A DNA stretch of 32,000 nt from the NCBI GenBank assembly GCA_965223865.1, contig OZ245020.1:678971-710970 (forward strand). Reading direction: 5' to 3'. The notes beneath the pieces are model-generated. The model saw nothing but the letters and a program-made list of their open reading frames with translations. It made no database searches and had not been told where the DNA came from. Of this stretch, positions 1 to 9,688 are shown piece by piece. The position numbers and the translations under genes are program-made. Numbering within the stretch: the stretch's first letter is position 1; the number at the start of each line of letters is the position of its first letter. The DNA is from Nitrosarchaeum sp. GTDB lineage: Archaea; Thermoproteota; Nitrososphaeria; Nitrososphaerales; Nitrosopumilaceae.

Positions 1-1017
1 TTTGTCAACAAAAAATTTTAGCAGATGTTTTGCTTGATCAAAATCAATTTCATATTCTCCAACATAATCATCAGGTTTGTAATACTTTAATCCTGATGCT
101 TTGTCTCTAGTTCTAATCCCTGCAACATCTTGTCCTGCTGGCGGAAAAACTACGTGAACAGATTTTCTTCCATATTTATCAGATACATATTTGTTCAAAC
201 CACCAGAAGTACCACCTGTGCCAAACGAACAAACAATTTCAAAGTCTTCCAATGATTCTCCATTTTCATGTAATTGCTGGTCTATTTCAACTCCAGTAAT
301 AGTTCTATGTGCATCAATGTTAAGATCATTATCATATTGTTCAGGACAGAATACTCCATAAATTTTTGACAGGAGTTTTGCCAAGTTAATGATATCTTGA
401 GCAGCTAAAAGTGATTCTACTTCTGAGCTTGCATTATCAAAAACTATGGGATCAAAACCAAGTTCTGATAACTGTGAGCGAATATTTGCCGCAGTGGCCT
501 TTGCAGCCAAAACATTTGGATTGTCTTTCATCCCCGGAGCAGGGCATATGTCCATATCAAGGTCCATGATACGAATATCCTCATTTCTTAATTCTGTAAA
601 AACACCTTCTTGCAATTTTCTAGAAACAAGGGAAACTACCGTTATGCCAAGCTTAGATAATTGTCCCAGAGCAATTCCAAAATTACCTGAAGTTGCCTCA
701 ATTACCATTTGTCCGCTTTTCAGTTTACCTGTAGCGATTGCATCGTGTATAATATGAACTGCAGGTCTTACTTTAATTGAGCCTGATAATAAATTCGAAT
801 CAAATTTTCCATAAACTTTTAGATCCTTATCTGATAAATTTAGCTTGTAAACGCTTTTTGCACATTCCTTCAAATCCTCGGTAATATCAATTAGTGGTGT
901 TGGGTTGACGACTTTTGTTTCATCTTGATTTTTTTCTAAATGAGGAATCTTACTCCATATCTTCTCTTCAAATTTCTCAAGAAGAACTGTGTCTACATCA
1001 TTTCCTTGAGAATCCAT
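1..1017 (-). CDS. PLP-dependent enzyme, cysteine synthase / tryptophan synthase beta-like fold (C-terminus runs off the window)
   Basis: Absent from the ORF track because no stop lies in the window. A reverse-strand ATG at 1017..1015 opens a frame that stays open to base 1 (339 codons). My translation begins MDSQGNDVDTVLLEKF. It contains SGSIKVRPA (PLP-lysine type motif), EATSGNFGIALG and a glycine loop SFGTGGTSGG. Confidence 0.6.
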   Translation of the reverse strand, partial: MDSQGNDVDTVLLEKFEEKIWSKIPHLEKNQDETKVVNPTPLIDITEDLKECAKSVYKLNLSDKDLKVYGKFDSNLLSGSIKVRPAVHIIHDAIATGKLKSGQMVIEATSGNFGIALGQLSKLGITVVSLVSRKLQEGVFTELRNEDIRIMDLDMDICPAPGMKDNPNVLAAKATAANIRSQLSELGFDPIVFDNASSEVESLLAAQDIINLAKLLSKIYGVFCPEQYDNDLNIDAHRTITGVEIDQQLHENGESLEDFEIVCSFGTGGTSGGLNKYVSDKYGRKSVHVVFPPAGQDVAGIRTRDKASGLKYYKPDDYVGEYEIDFDQAKHLLKFFVDK

Positions 1018-1076
1018 GAAAAATCTTGATTCGTAGCTACATTTAGAATTTACCTATATTATCCAAATTCTATTTA

Positions 1077-2642
1077 TTAATTCTCACTTAGAATTCCAAG
1101 AACCTTACTTGGAATATCGTTTAATCTACTTACAGCTAATGTTTTTTCATACCCTAAATATCTTAAATTCCCTGCAATCGTAGTAGCCCTGACTATATTT
1201 GGACCTAATCCAATAGCAACCATCTTAATTCCAAGTCCTTTCAAGGATTTTGTCATTATCCTTACAGCATTTGGATCAGATGGTTCCCCATCTGTTAAAG
1301 TTAAGAAAATATCTGGTCTTTTTGATTGTAAAATTGGAAACATCTTACTATAAACTTCTGCAAGTGGTGTTGAACCATTAGCTACTATTTGAGCCAACCG
1401 TTTTGCGGAGACATTATTCCATTTTACATTATCTGGTTTTACTAACCAACAGACAACTGCTCTATTTTGTGTACTGAAAGCATAAACTGCAAATTTCACT
1501 TTAAGGTATGCAAGAACTTCGCACAAAGCTAAGGTTGCTTTTTTGTATTCTAGTGCATCAGATGCTATGCTAGAGGAGTGATCTAATAAAATTACAATTT
1601 TTATCTTTATTGATTTTTTAATATCTGTGAAAAATGGTTCGTGTCCTTCAATGTAATTTTCTTCATCAAATTCATCTCCACTTTTTACATGTTGTTCTTT
1701 CCAACCAGATTTCCATTCTTTAAATTTAGTTTTTAAACTATTTATCAAACTAATATCGTAAATTACAGTTTCATCTACATTATTTGTTGAGGGAATTTGA
1801 ACACCAATTGCTTCAGGCGCTAATCCTTTGTTGTCGCTTTTTTTATTTTCATCCAATAATACTTGGTACTCACTGTAAACATTTTCTCCTCGTAAAGCTG
1901 CTTTAGGATCAATTTTTCCAAAATCCCCTTCTTTATTTTTTGAAATTACTGTAAGAAATTTGAGAAGTTCTTGCTCTGTTAAGGCCATTCCTGTTTTCAT
2001 CAATGGTAATGAAACAGGAATTGTAAGGAGAGAATCAATATCTAAAATTTTTATTATTTCACTTACTCTCTTTTCTAACCATTCTGTATCATAATTTTTC
2101 TCTATTGCCTCATCAACAATTTTTTTGGCAAAAATTGATGCCTTCTTAATTCTCTCAAAATGACTAGATTGAACTTCTCCCTTCAAAGCTCCAAATATAA
2201 AATACTGATAAAATGCCTCTACAATCCTAGCTTTTCCATAAACTGTATGGAGTTGTGGTCTTGCCACTAACATATACGCATAATTAAATATGATTTCTTC
2301 ATCCATTCCTCTCCAAACTCTTCTTCCCAATTGTTCAATTCTCCTCGTTTCCATTGTGTTTAAAATAAATCCAAAGGCGTGATCATTGCTAAGAATTTTT
2401 TTACAAAATTTTATTCTCATTGCTTCATACCATAATGTCGTTCTAAATTGTCTATATCTTTGAAAATCATTACCAATTCTTTTCTCAAGAGGTGTTAGGA
2501 TCACTTTGTTTTCTTTTAATCTAGTTCTTGTTTCTACTTTGTCAGAAAATTCAACAACAATGTTTTCTTTTTGAGACCACCTTCTAACTAAAAATGTTGC
2601 AATCTCTACTAATGTTTCATTTCTTAAATGTAAAGACTGCAT
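1077..2642 (-). CDS. von Willebrand factor A (VWA) domain protein, NorD/CbbO/CoxE-like partner of the upstream AAA+ ATPase
   Basis: 521 aa ORF. The C-terminal third has a MIDAS-like VILLDHSSSIA (DxSxS) motif and LTLTDGEPSD. The N-terminal ~330 aa is helical with no motif I recognise. Its start codon (2642..2640) directly abuts the ATPase stop (2645..2643). Confidence 0.7.
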   Translation of the reverse strand: MQSLHLRNETLVEIATFLVRRWSQKENIVVEFSDKVETRTRLKENKVILTPLEKRIGNDFQRYRQFRTTLWYEAMRIKFCKKILSNDHAFGFILNTMETRRIEQLGRRVWRGMDEEIIFNYAYMLVARPQLHTVYGKARIVEAFYQYFIFGALKGEVQSSHFERIKKASIFAKKIVDEAIEKNYDTEWLEKRVSEIIKILDIDSLLTIPVSLPLMKTGMALTEQELLKFLTVISKNKEGDFGKIDPKAALRGENVYSEYQVLLDENKKSDNKGLAPEAIGVQIPSTNNVDETVIYDISLINSLKTKFKEWKSGWKEQHVKSGDEFDEENYIEGHEPFFTDIKKSIKIKIVILLDHSSSIASDALEYKKATLALCEVLAYLKVKFAVYAFSTQNRAVVCWLVKPDNVKWNNVSAKRLAQIVANGSTPLAEVYSKMFPILQSKRPDIFLTLTDGEPSDPNAVRIMTKSLKGLGIKMVAIGLGPNIVRATTIAGNLRYLGYEKTLAVSRLNDIPSKVLGILSEN

Positions 2643-3437
2643 TTAATTACCAAACATTGAGGTAATGATGTCACTTACCTTTTGATATTCTATGTTTCCC
2701 CATTGAGTATACACATTACCAAAAACAATCATCGCCGCATCTTTGGGTAAAACTCCTTTATCTAATAATTTTCCAAACGCAATAGTTTCTCTCAGACTTG
2801 GTGAGTAAAACAATTCTTCCACTGCAGCTGCTTGTCGTAAGGTGTTTGCTAACTTTATACCCTGGGCAAGATTAGACTCATGTTCTCCTGAAACATATTT
2901 CTTTACTATTTCTAACTCGATTTTTTCTGGTGGATATTCTAAACTAATTCTAACTGGAAACCTACTAAGTAACTGTGGTGGGAGTTCTTTTGTGCCACTA
3001 TGGCTCAATGGATTAATTGTTGCAATTACAAACCAATTTTCTTTTGCTTTAACTACTTCACCAGTGGATTCTTTAAGAGCTATTTGTCTTCTGTCATCTA
3101 AAGCTTCGTCTAATCTAAGCAATACATCTGCTTCTGCTGAATTGATTTCATCTAGATACAACATACTGCCTTCCTTCATTGATTTTATCAAAAGACCTTC
3201 ATCAAAACTAACAGTGCCATCAGTTAGAGTTTTTGTCCCAATCAGATGACTTTCTCTGGTTCTAAGACTGAAATTAATTGATTCTAATTTTGCCGTCTTA
3301 CTTTCAGCAAAATCTCTAACTAGTGATGTCTTTCCAGTACCTTTTGGTCCAATAATGAGAACAAAAAGTCCTGCATCATACGCTTTATTCAATATCTGAA
3401 TAGAATTATTCCAATCAAGATAAGATGGTTCATTCAA
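2643..3437 (-). CDS. AAA+ ATPase of the MoxR / CbbQ-NirQ-NorQ (AAA_5) type
   Basis: 264 aa, the typical CbbQ/NorQ size. Walker A is IIGPKGTGKTS and Walker B is MLYLDEIN. The sensor region is VIATINP and an arginine-finger-like LLSRF is present. Confidence 0.8.
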   Translation of the reverse strand: MNEPSYLDWNNSIQILNKAYDAGLFVLIIGPKGTGKTSLVRDFAESKTAKLESINFSLRTRESHLIGTKTLTDGTVSFDEGLLIKSMKEGSMLYLDEINSAEADVLLRLDEALDDRRQIALKESTGEVVKAKENWFVIATINPLSHSGTKELPPQLLSRFPVRISLEYPPEKIELEIVKKYVSGEHESNLAQGIKLANTLRQAAAVEELFYSPSLRETIAFGKLLDKGVLPKDAAMIVFGNVYTQWGNIEYQKVSDIITSMFGN

Positions 3438-3476
3438 GTACGCTTTTCTTGATTATTACGATATTTAATTTTAGAC

Positions 3477-4934
3477 CTAACTTGCAAAGGATGCTATTTT
3501 CTTATATGATTCATCTAGTGTTTTGTGTAATGACTTGTTCCATTCATCAAAACCAGATGGATCCTTTGGATAATTATAATAGTGATCCACTAACCATTTG
3601 TTTTGTCCAGATGTGTATTTGAGACCTTCTGCAACTGTTTTATTCATTATTCCTCTAATGATCATTCCAATTTTACCAAGACCAGAAAAATCTGGATGCT
3701 CACCTTTGCTAATTGATTCTACGTCGAGATTTCCCAGAAAATGTTTCATGCCATAACTAATTTGCTCATTAGTTAATGTTTGAACTAGCCGTCTAAATAA
3801 TTCAAGACCTGCGGTCTTGTATCCATACTCTTTTATAAAATCTAAATTATATTGCCATAAACTTGCTTCTGAGACATCATTAGCTTCAATTGCTTGGACA
3901 ACATTATTTCCAAGAATTGTTCCAGCAATCAACGCAGGACCAATTCCTCCAGCATCAATTGGTTTAGGCATCCAGGCCGAATCTCCTACCATCATATACC
4001 CGTCTGATACTAGACAATCATTTTGTCTTCTTACTGAAACCTGAAATATTCCTGAATTATTATGAATGTCTTCAGGATCTTGAGAAAGTTTGGCATTTTT
4101 TATTGCAATATTTCTATTCAAATACTCCTTCATCAAAGATTCTACATTGTCTTTTTTTCCTAATTTTTGATTTCTTTTTTCCAAAAGAGATTTCTCAACT
4201 CCTAAACCAATGTTTACTTTGTTTTCTCCTTTTGGGAAAACCCATCCATATCCACCTGGTGCAATATCTTGGTCAAGATGAATAATACAATAGTCAGGGT
4301 CAAATTCTGAAAGGTCTTTCTTCCCATTTTCAAAATACATGATATATCTGCCTGTAGACTCCAAATCTCTTCTGTCTATCCTTCTTTCAACTTTAGTTGT
4401 GTTTTTAATTTGATTTCTAAGCACGGAGGTAACACCTGTTGCGTCAACTACAATCTTGGATGTTTTTTTGTATGGCTGTTTTGTTTTGTTGTTGATTCCT
4501 TGAACTCCTACAACTTTTTGTCCATCATAGATTAAACCTGTCAGATTAATATCAAAATCAAATTCCACTCCCATTTTTTTTGTTCTCTCATTTTGAATTT
4601 CAGGAAGTTTTTGACGATTGAGCATGTATCCTGCTCCATCAAATGGAATGGCAGTTTCTTTATCAGGTGAAAATGCCATAACTCCTTTTACATCATGTTC
4701 GATCTCTGGTCTTCCCCATTGAACTTTAATTCTTTCAGTCATATAGTCAACGGCTTCTTTTGAGCATGCATCGCCACATGTCCATCCTCCTAATGATTTT
4801 CTTCCAGGATACATCTCAGGATTTCTATCAATTGAGAGAATTTTCAAATTTTGATTTGAATAGTGTGATATTGCTTGAGCGGTAATAGTGCCTGCTAACC
4901 CTCCTCCAGCAACTATAACATCATAATCTGCCAC
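3477..4934 (-). CDS. Geranylgeranyl reductase family flavoprotein (archaeal lipid saturation type), with extended C-terminus
   Basis: 485 aa. N-terminal FAD dinucleotide fold YDVIVAGGGLAGTITA. There are GD-type motifs (VGDSAW) typical of the GGR / FixC-like family. It is longer than the ~400 aa I expect for the family. Confidence 0.7.
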   Translation of the reverse strand: MADYDVIVAGGGLAGTITAQAISHYSNQNLKILSIDRNPEMYPGRKSLGGWTCGDACSKEAVDYMTERIKVQWGRPEIEHDVKGVMAFSPDKETAIPFDGAGYMLNRQKLPEIQNERTKKMGVEFDFDINLTGLIYDGQKVVGVQGINNKTKQPYKKTSKIVVDATGVTSVLRNQIKNTTKVERRIDRRDLESTGRYIMYFENGKKDLSEFDPDYCIIHLDQDIAPGGYGWVFPKGENKVNIGLGVEKSLLEKRNQKLGKKDNVESLMKEYLNRNIAIKNAKLSQDPEDIHNNSGIFQVSVRRQNDCLVSDGYMMVGDSAWMPKPIDAGGIGPALIAGTILGNNVVQAIEANDVSEASLWQYNLDFIKEYGYKTAGLELFRRLVQTLTNEQISYGMKHFLGNLDVESISKGEHPDFSGLGKIGMIIRGIMNKTVAEGLKYTSGQNKWLVDHYYNYPKDPSGFDEWNKSLHKTLDESYKKIASFAS

Positions 4935-5119
4935 GATAAAGATCGTTGTTCATCCGTATTTAAAATAATACTTTACTTTCATCTGGTGAATAGTATTTCT
5001 ATTAAATTGATTCTAAAATGGGGTCGGTTCGTCGCGGCGTCTTCAAAGCTCTCGCTCAGACTGGAGCGGCTGTTATTTCCTCATTCCCAAATTCAATTAG
5101 TTGTTTATTCCTATTTAAT

Positions 5120-5548
5120 CTAGTTGGCAATTTGAAATATCTTTGTAAATATTCTCACAGTATCTTTCTTGTTATAAACAGGGGTATGGATTTTCAACTT
5201 TATCACATCTTTTTCTTTGAATTTTATTTTTCCTCTGATAAATTCTTGTTTATCAATTCTAATGTGATATCTAGAGTCTATAGTTCTCTCTTCAATTTCA
5301 TTGATCATCATATCTAGTTGCTCTTTTGAAAGAAATTTCAAAAATTTTTCAATAAATTCTTCACCCTGTTTTTTTACTAGATTTACATTTAGCATAATGA
5401 TTGGATTGTTAAAATGACCTTTAGTGTTTTTGAGGGAAAATTCTTCTTTGTTTAATCCAAAACTATCTTCAAACACTTCAAAAAATTTTGAAATATCTTC
5501 TGTAGCATGAATAATTACGTCAATTGTAACTTCTAATTTTTCAACCAT
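5120..5548 (-). CDS. Small RNA-binding protein (DUF54 / COG1325-like, predicted exosome-associated)
   Basis: 142 aa. The N-terminal pattern VTIDVIIHATEDISKF resembles the archaeal RNA_binding/DUF54 family. It lies directly downstream of rps3ae on the same strand. Confidence 0.5.
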   Translation of the reverse strand: MVEKLEVTIDVIIHATEDISKFFEVFEDSFGLNKEEFSLKNTKGHFNNPIIMLNVNLVKKQGEEFIEKFLKFLSKEQLDMMINEIEERTIDSRYHIRIDKQEFIRGKIKFKEKDVIKLKIHTPVYNKKDTVRIFTKIFQIAN

Positions 5549-5572
5549 TCTAAAGTGAGATTGGTAATTTTT

Positions 5573-6184
5573 CTATGCTTCAAGTAATGCTATTTCTTTC
5601 TCTGCCGTTCTGATGAGTTTGACTTTTTCTAGACCTACATGTCTTACTCTAATCACTTTCTTAAATGCGGCCATGATATCTGAGTTAATCTTGCTGTAAC
5701 ATGTTGCTTGAACAAATTGATCTATTGTCATTTGAGGAACTGTATTGTTGATTATCTCCCTTGCAATCAATCTTAAGGCATGTTTTCTTGATGTATTTAA
5801 CTGTCTATGTGTTAATGCAATTACTTTGATTCTAAAGATGTACCCATCTTTAGTCTTGCTATCAATAATGAAATTAATTTTTGAGGAACCTCTTCTGACC
5901 AGACTACGCAAAAATTCTTTGGAATATTCGAACCTCTTAAAGATTGTTGAAGCCTTGTCATCATCTACTTTGTCAATTTGGAAGTAGATCTTGTATTGAT
6001 GTTGTGATGGATCTCCTTTTAGAATATCATATAATGTAACTTCTATAACCCTTCCTGATGCATTTTCATCATCAGTAATTGGTACATATGCAATTGGGAC
6101 ATTGTTAAATGAATCTGGGGCATTTACAGTAATCCATCGTTTCTCTCTCCACTTGTCTTTTACTCGACCCTTTCTACGTGCCAA
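5573..6184 (-). CDS. rps3ae: 30S ribosomal protein S3Ae (eS1)
   Basis: 203 aa. The N-terminus MARRKGRVKDKWREKRWITVNAP is characteristic of archaeal S3Ae. Confidence 0.9.
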   Translation of the reverse strand: MARRKGRVKDKWREKRWITVNAPDSFNNVPIAYVPITDDENASGRVIEVTLYDILKGDPSQHQYKIYFQIDKVDDDKASTIFKRFEYSKEFLRSLVRRGSSKINFIIDSKTKDGYIFRIKVIALTHRQLNTSRKHALRLIAREIINNTVPQMTIDQFVQATCYSKINSDIMAAFKKVIRVRHVGLEKVKLIRTAEKEIALLEA

Positions 6185-6224
6185 TTATTATCGACCTTTG
6201 AATCCAAAATATAAGGGTATGTGA

Positions 6225-7487
6225 CTAGATAATATCACAGCCCATGTATTTTTCTAAAACTTTTGGGATCTTAATATGACCATCTTTGGTTTGGAAATTT
6301 TCCATTATTGAAACTAAAACTCTAGAAGTTGCAATGAGCGTACTGTTTAAAGTATGAATGTATTTAGTATCTTCATTTGTCTTTTCCCTAAATCTTATCT
6401 TTAATCTCCTTGCTTGGTAATCCAAACAATTTGAACAAGAAACAATTTCACGGTATGCATTTTGACTTGCCATCCATGCTTCAATATCATATGTTTTTGC
6501 TGAAATTTTGCCCATATCTCCACTTGACAAAAGCATCACTCTATACGGAATTTCTAATTTTTGATAAAATTCTTCTGCAATTGCCAACATTCTTTCGTGT
6601 TCTTCCCACGAGTCTTCAGGACGAGTAAATACAAACTGCTCAATCTTGTCAAATTGATGTACTCTAAAAATTCCTTTTTGATCTCTACCATGTGCACCAG
6701 CTTCTTTTCGAAAACATGGACTTATTCCTGCATATCGTAATGGGAGGTCTTTACCTTCAATAATTTCATTTGAATGCATTGCAGCCATTGCATGTTCTGA
6801 GGTCCCAATCATGTAAAGATCCTCATCTTCTACTTTGTATATTACTTCTTCAAAATCATCTGCAATTATTGCACCTTCCATGGATTGTCGATTGATCATA
6901 TATGGAGGTTGAATGAGGGAATAATTTTTCTGTACTAAAAAATCTAGAGCACAATGAATTAGAGATTGATTAAGGCGAACAAGATCATTTTTCAGATAAT
7001 AAAATCTAGCACCTGCAACCTTTGATGCCCTTTGAAGATCTACTAAATCTAGGTTTTCAGAAATATCAATGTGATCATTTACTTTAAAACCAAACTCAGG
7101 AATTTTCCCCCATTTCTTAACCTCTTTATTGGAAGTGTCATCTTCTCCTACTGGAACCGAATCATGGATTAAATTTGGTATTGTAAAAGCTAGTTTAGTA
7201 TACTTTTCTTCAATTTCTTCTTGAAATGCTTCCAATTTTGATAATTCCTCTGCAACACTTTTCATTTCATTAATGATTTCAGAAGCATCTTCTCTCTTTT
7301 TCTTTTTTTGAGAAATCTCCGAGGCCATTTGGTTTTTCTTTTTTCTTAGTTCATCAGTCTTTATGATGAACTCCCTTCTTTTTTGATCCGAGTCAATTAG
7401 TCCATCTAAATCAAAATCAACTGCTCTTGCTCTGAGCATATCTTGAATCATTTGAGAATTCTCCTTGATAGTTTTTGGATCCAACAT
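6225..7487 (-). CDS. serS: Seryl-tRNA synthetase
   Basis: 420 aa. It has an N-terminal coiled-coil arm (MLDPKTIKEN...) and class II motifs (FRKEAGAHGRDQKGIFRVHQF, NSTLIATSR). Its start overlaps the upstream Pcc1-like stop (TAATG). Confidence 0.95.
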   Translation of the reverse strand: MLDPKTIKENSQMIQDMLRARAVDFDLDGLIDSDQKRREFIIKTDELRKKKNQMASEISQKKKKREDASEIINEMKSVAEELSKLEAFQEEIEEKYTKLAFTIPNLIHDSVPVGEDDTSNKEVKKWGKIPEFGFKVNDHIDISENLDLVDLQRASKVAGARFYYLKNDLVRLNQSLIHCALDFLVQKNYSLIQPPYMINRQSMEGAIIADDFEEVIYKVEDEDLYMIGTSEHAMAAMHSNEIIEGKDLPLRYAGISPCFRKEAGAHGRDQKGIFRVHQFDKIEQFVFTRPEDSWEEHERMLAIAEEFYQKLEIPYRVMLLSSGDMGKISAKTYDIEAWMASQNAYREIVSCSNCLDYQARRLKIRFREKTNEDTKYIHTLNSTLIATSRVLVSIMENFQTKDGHIKIPKVLEKYMGCDII

Positions 7488-7729
7488 TATTCAATCACCT
7501 TTAAAGCAACTTGAACATGCTCTAGAACCTCATCTATTGTGCCAATTAATTTTCTCATATCTCTCTTACCTTCAAAATTAAAAACAAGTTTATTATCAAT
7601 TTTTTCAACATTTAGGCTTAATCCTTCTGGGAAATTTACATTATCTGGTTCAATTGCTTTTTTTACAGCATATGCCTTTTCATCTGAAAGATTATTGAGA
7701 ACTATCTGAACTTGACATGTTAACGACAT
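7487..7729 (-). CDS. KEOPS complex subunit Pcc1-like protein
   Basis: 80 aa. Size and pattern (AVKKAIEPDN...LVFNFEGKRDMRKLIGTIDEVLEHV) fit archaeal Pcc1/CTAG family members. It is embedded between the RecJ-like gene and serS with overlapping boundaries. Confidence 0.5.
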   Translation of the reverse strand: MSLTCQVQIVLNNLSDEKAYAVKKAIEPDNVNFPEGLSLNVEKIDNKLVFNFEGKRDMRKLIGTIDEVLEHVQVALKVIE

Positions 7730-9116
7730 TTACATCTAGATAATTCAGAAACTCATCCAATTTGTTTTTAGTTATTTTTGCACCAGCAGCTGCATCATGA
7801 CCACCTCCTACCCCATCAAACTTCTCAGCACCTGTCCTCATTAATTCACTTAGATTTAGATCTGATTTACAACCAAAGGACTTTCTTGAAGAAAATTTGA
7901 TAGTGTTCTCGTCTCCCTGAGTTCTCAAAATTACAATTTTTCCTGCATTTTTTGGAGAACCTGCAATTAGTGATGAAATAGTACCTGTCATCGTTTCGGG
8001 AACAATTCCTTCTCCATTAACCATAACACATGTTTCACTTTCAGAAATCCTCCATCTTTCATTTGAAAGAATATTCATATACTCTCTAATCATTTTTCTA
8101 TAGTCAGTTAGTATGGTTTCTCCCTCTCGAAGAATTCTATTTCTGTCTCCCATACAAATTGCTATTCCTACTCCTGACCTATTGATTCTGCCACAAGAAT
8201 TCAACATGGTAGAAAATTCTCTCCCATCCCTCAAGAAGCTTCTTCTATCTTCTCTGGGAAATGTATAGGTATATCCAATTAATTCGGACATTATTTCAGT
8301 TGCATTTTTTCCTGAGGTGAATTTTGTAATCGATTCAATAACCTGCCTTTTTTCATCTTCATTTAGTTCAGCGGGAACTCTCCATCTTCCCCCATCTTTT
8401 AATTGAATTCCAGAGGAATTTAGAAGTGATAAACAGGCGTCTCTATTCCAAGTGAGACCTTCTATAAATGGCTGAGATGTAAATGCTAGTGCATCAGGAA
8501 GAGGTCTAGTTTCTCTTCCAACTAGTAATAGGTCTAAATCAATTTCTACTAGACCCGCTTCTTTTGCAGTATTAGCAATTTCATAGTTCTTTCCTGTAAA
8601 TGACTTTCTTTCCCCTTGATCCTGCCTATCTCCTAATGCTGAAACCACAGATATTGCCGAAAGATCCGAGTTCTTTTCATCTAGTGCAATAGATACCAAA
8701 TATGCCATTCCACCTGCACAAATTTCAGTACCCCCATCAATTTCATATTTCCATGAATTGATGACTTTTTGATTTTCTTGTTCTTCTTCTGTAATCTGGT
8801 GATGATCCAAAATAATCCAATTGTCACCAAATGAATCATCCAACTCTTGCGCAAATCCTCCTCCAAGATCTGTTATAATGTGAAAATCTCTAGAATCCTT
8901 TTTTAAATTAGTAATTACCCCTTTGCTGAATTCCTTAGAAGTTCTAACTGTACAATTTGCTCCAGCTCTGATGAGAGCTTTAGAAATTATGCTTCCAGAA
9001 GTTAATCCATCACAGTCGATATGAGTTGTAACTGAAATTGATTTTTTCGATTTTATACAATCGTAAATTTTATCTTTAAAAAATGACAGTGACTCATCTA
9101 GAGTTTTTTCCATCAT
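7692..9116 (-). CDS. DHH/DHHA1 family phosphoesterase, archaeal RecJ/Cdc45-like (GAN-like)
   Basis: 474 aa. DHH motifs are HIDCDGLTSG, ITDLGGG and ILDHHQ. The DHHA1 motif is GGGHDAAAG near the C-terminus. Its start overlaps the rps15 stop (ATGA). Confidence 0.75.
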   Translation of the reverse strand: MMEKTLDESLSFFKDKIYDCIKSKKSISVTTHIDCDGLTSGSIISKALIRAGANCTVRTSKEFSKGVITNLKKDSRDFHIITDLGGGFAQELDDSFGDNWIILDHHQITEEEQENQKVINSWKYEIDGGTEICAGGMAYLVSIALDEKNSDLSAISVVSALGDRQDQGERKSFTGKNYEIANTAKEAGLVEIDLDLLLVGRETRPLPDALAFTSQPFIEGLTWNRDACLSLLNSSGIQLKDGGRWRVPAELNEDEKRQVIESITKFTSGKNATEIMSELIGYTYTFPREDRRSFLRDGREFSTMLNSCGRINRSGVGIAICMGDRNRILREGETILTDYRKMIREYMNILSNERWRISESETCVMVNGEGIVPETMTGTISSLIAGSPKNAGKIVILRTQGDENTIKFSSRKSFGCKSDLNLSELMRTGAEKFDGVGGGHDAAAGAKITKNKLDEFLNYLDVNVVNMSSSDSSQ

Positions 9117-9562
9117 TCTAATTGAGCAACTACAGATTTATATTTCCAATTTTTAGGAATTCGATCTATTTTTTTGTAGTAAACTGAGAGTCTGTGAACT
9201 TTGGCTTCAATTAATTCTAGGGATCTAACGTTTCTGCTATCACCTTTGTTTGCCTTGAGATGTTTTTGAAGTCCTACTGCTTTTTTGACAATATTTTCAA
9301 GATCCTCGGGCATTTCTGCTTGAAGTTTATTTTCTTCTAAAATCTCCCCAACAGTTTTCTTGGTAATTGGTTTGATTAAAGGAATTGAATGTTGATCTCT
9401 TAGTTTGTTTCCAATCTGACTTGGAGTTAGGCCATCTTTGGAATATTTAATGACCAATTCTTCGATTTCTTTGGGACTTTGTGTAACCCATGAAGGTGCA
9501 CGTAGTGTAGCTGGTCTAATAGAATGAGATTTTCCATGTCTATGAGTGTGCATCCGTCCCAT
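9113..9562 (-). CDS. rps15: 30S ribosomal protein S15 (uS15 / S13e type)
   Basis: 149 aa. The N-terminus MGRMHTHRHGKSHSIRP is typical of archaeal S15P/S13e. Confidence 0.9.
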   Translation of the reverse strand: MGRMHTHRHGKSHSIRPATLRAPSWVTQSPKEIEELVIKYSKDGLTPSQIGNKLRDQHSIPLIKPITKKTVGEILEENKLQAEMPEDLENIVKKAVGLQKHLKANKGDSRNVRSLELIEAKVHRLSVYYKKIDRIPKNWKYKSVVAQLE

Positions 9563-9688
9563 GATGAGGCTGATTTTAGAACAAAATTAAACGTTACTTA
9601 TTCGGATCTCGTACATGATATGTGTAATTTGGGCTTTAGAATAAAAGTTAAATAACTACACTGGCAACACAACGAACAGGTAAACGGT

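Noticed and set aside
446-757. 103-aa plus-strand ORF from the track
   Set aside because: It lies entirely antisense within the well-supported minus-strand PLP-enzyme gene (1-1017). It has a low-complexity Ser/Ile/Phe composition typical of antisense frames.
2842-4285. Plus-strand track ORFs 2842-3249, 3425-3622, 3817-4044 and 4103-4285
   Set aside because: All are antisense to the AAA+ ATPase or geranylgeranyl reductase genes, which carry clear motifs. They have no motifs of their own.
5018-5317. 99-aa plus-strand ORF starting in the GC-rich patch
   Set aside because: Most of it runs antisense through the DUF54-like gene. Only its GC-rich 5' portion is of interest, and I treat that as a possible RNA element rather than coding sequence.
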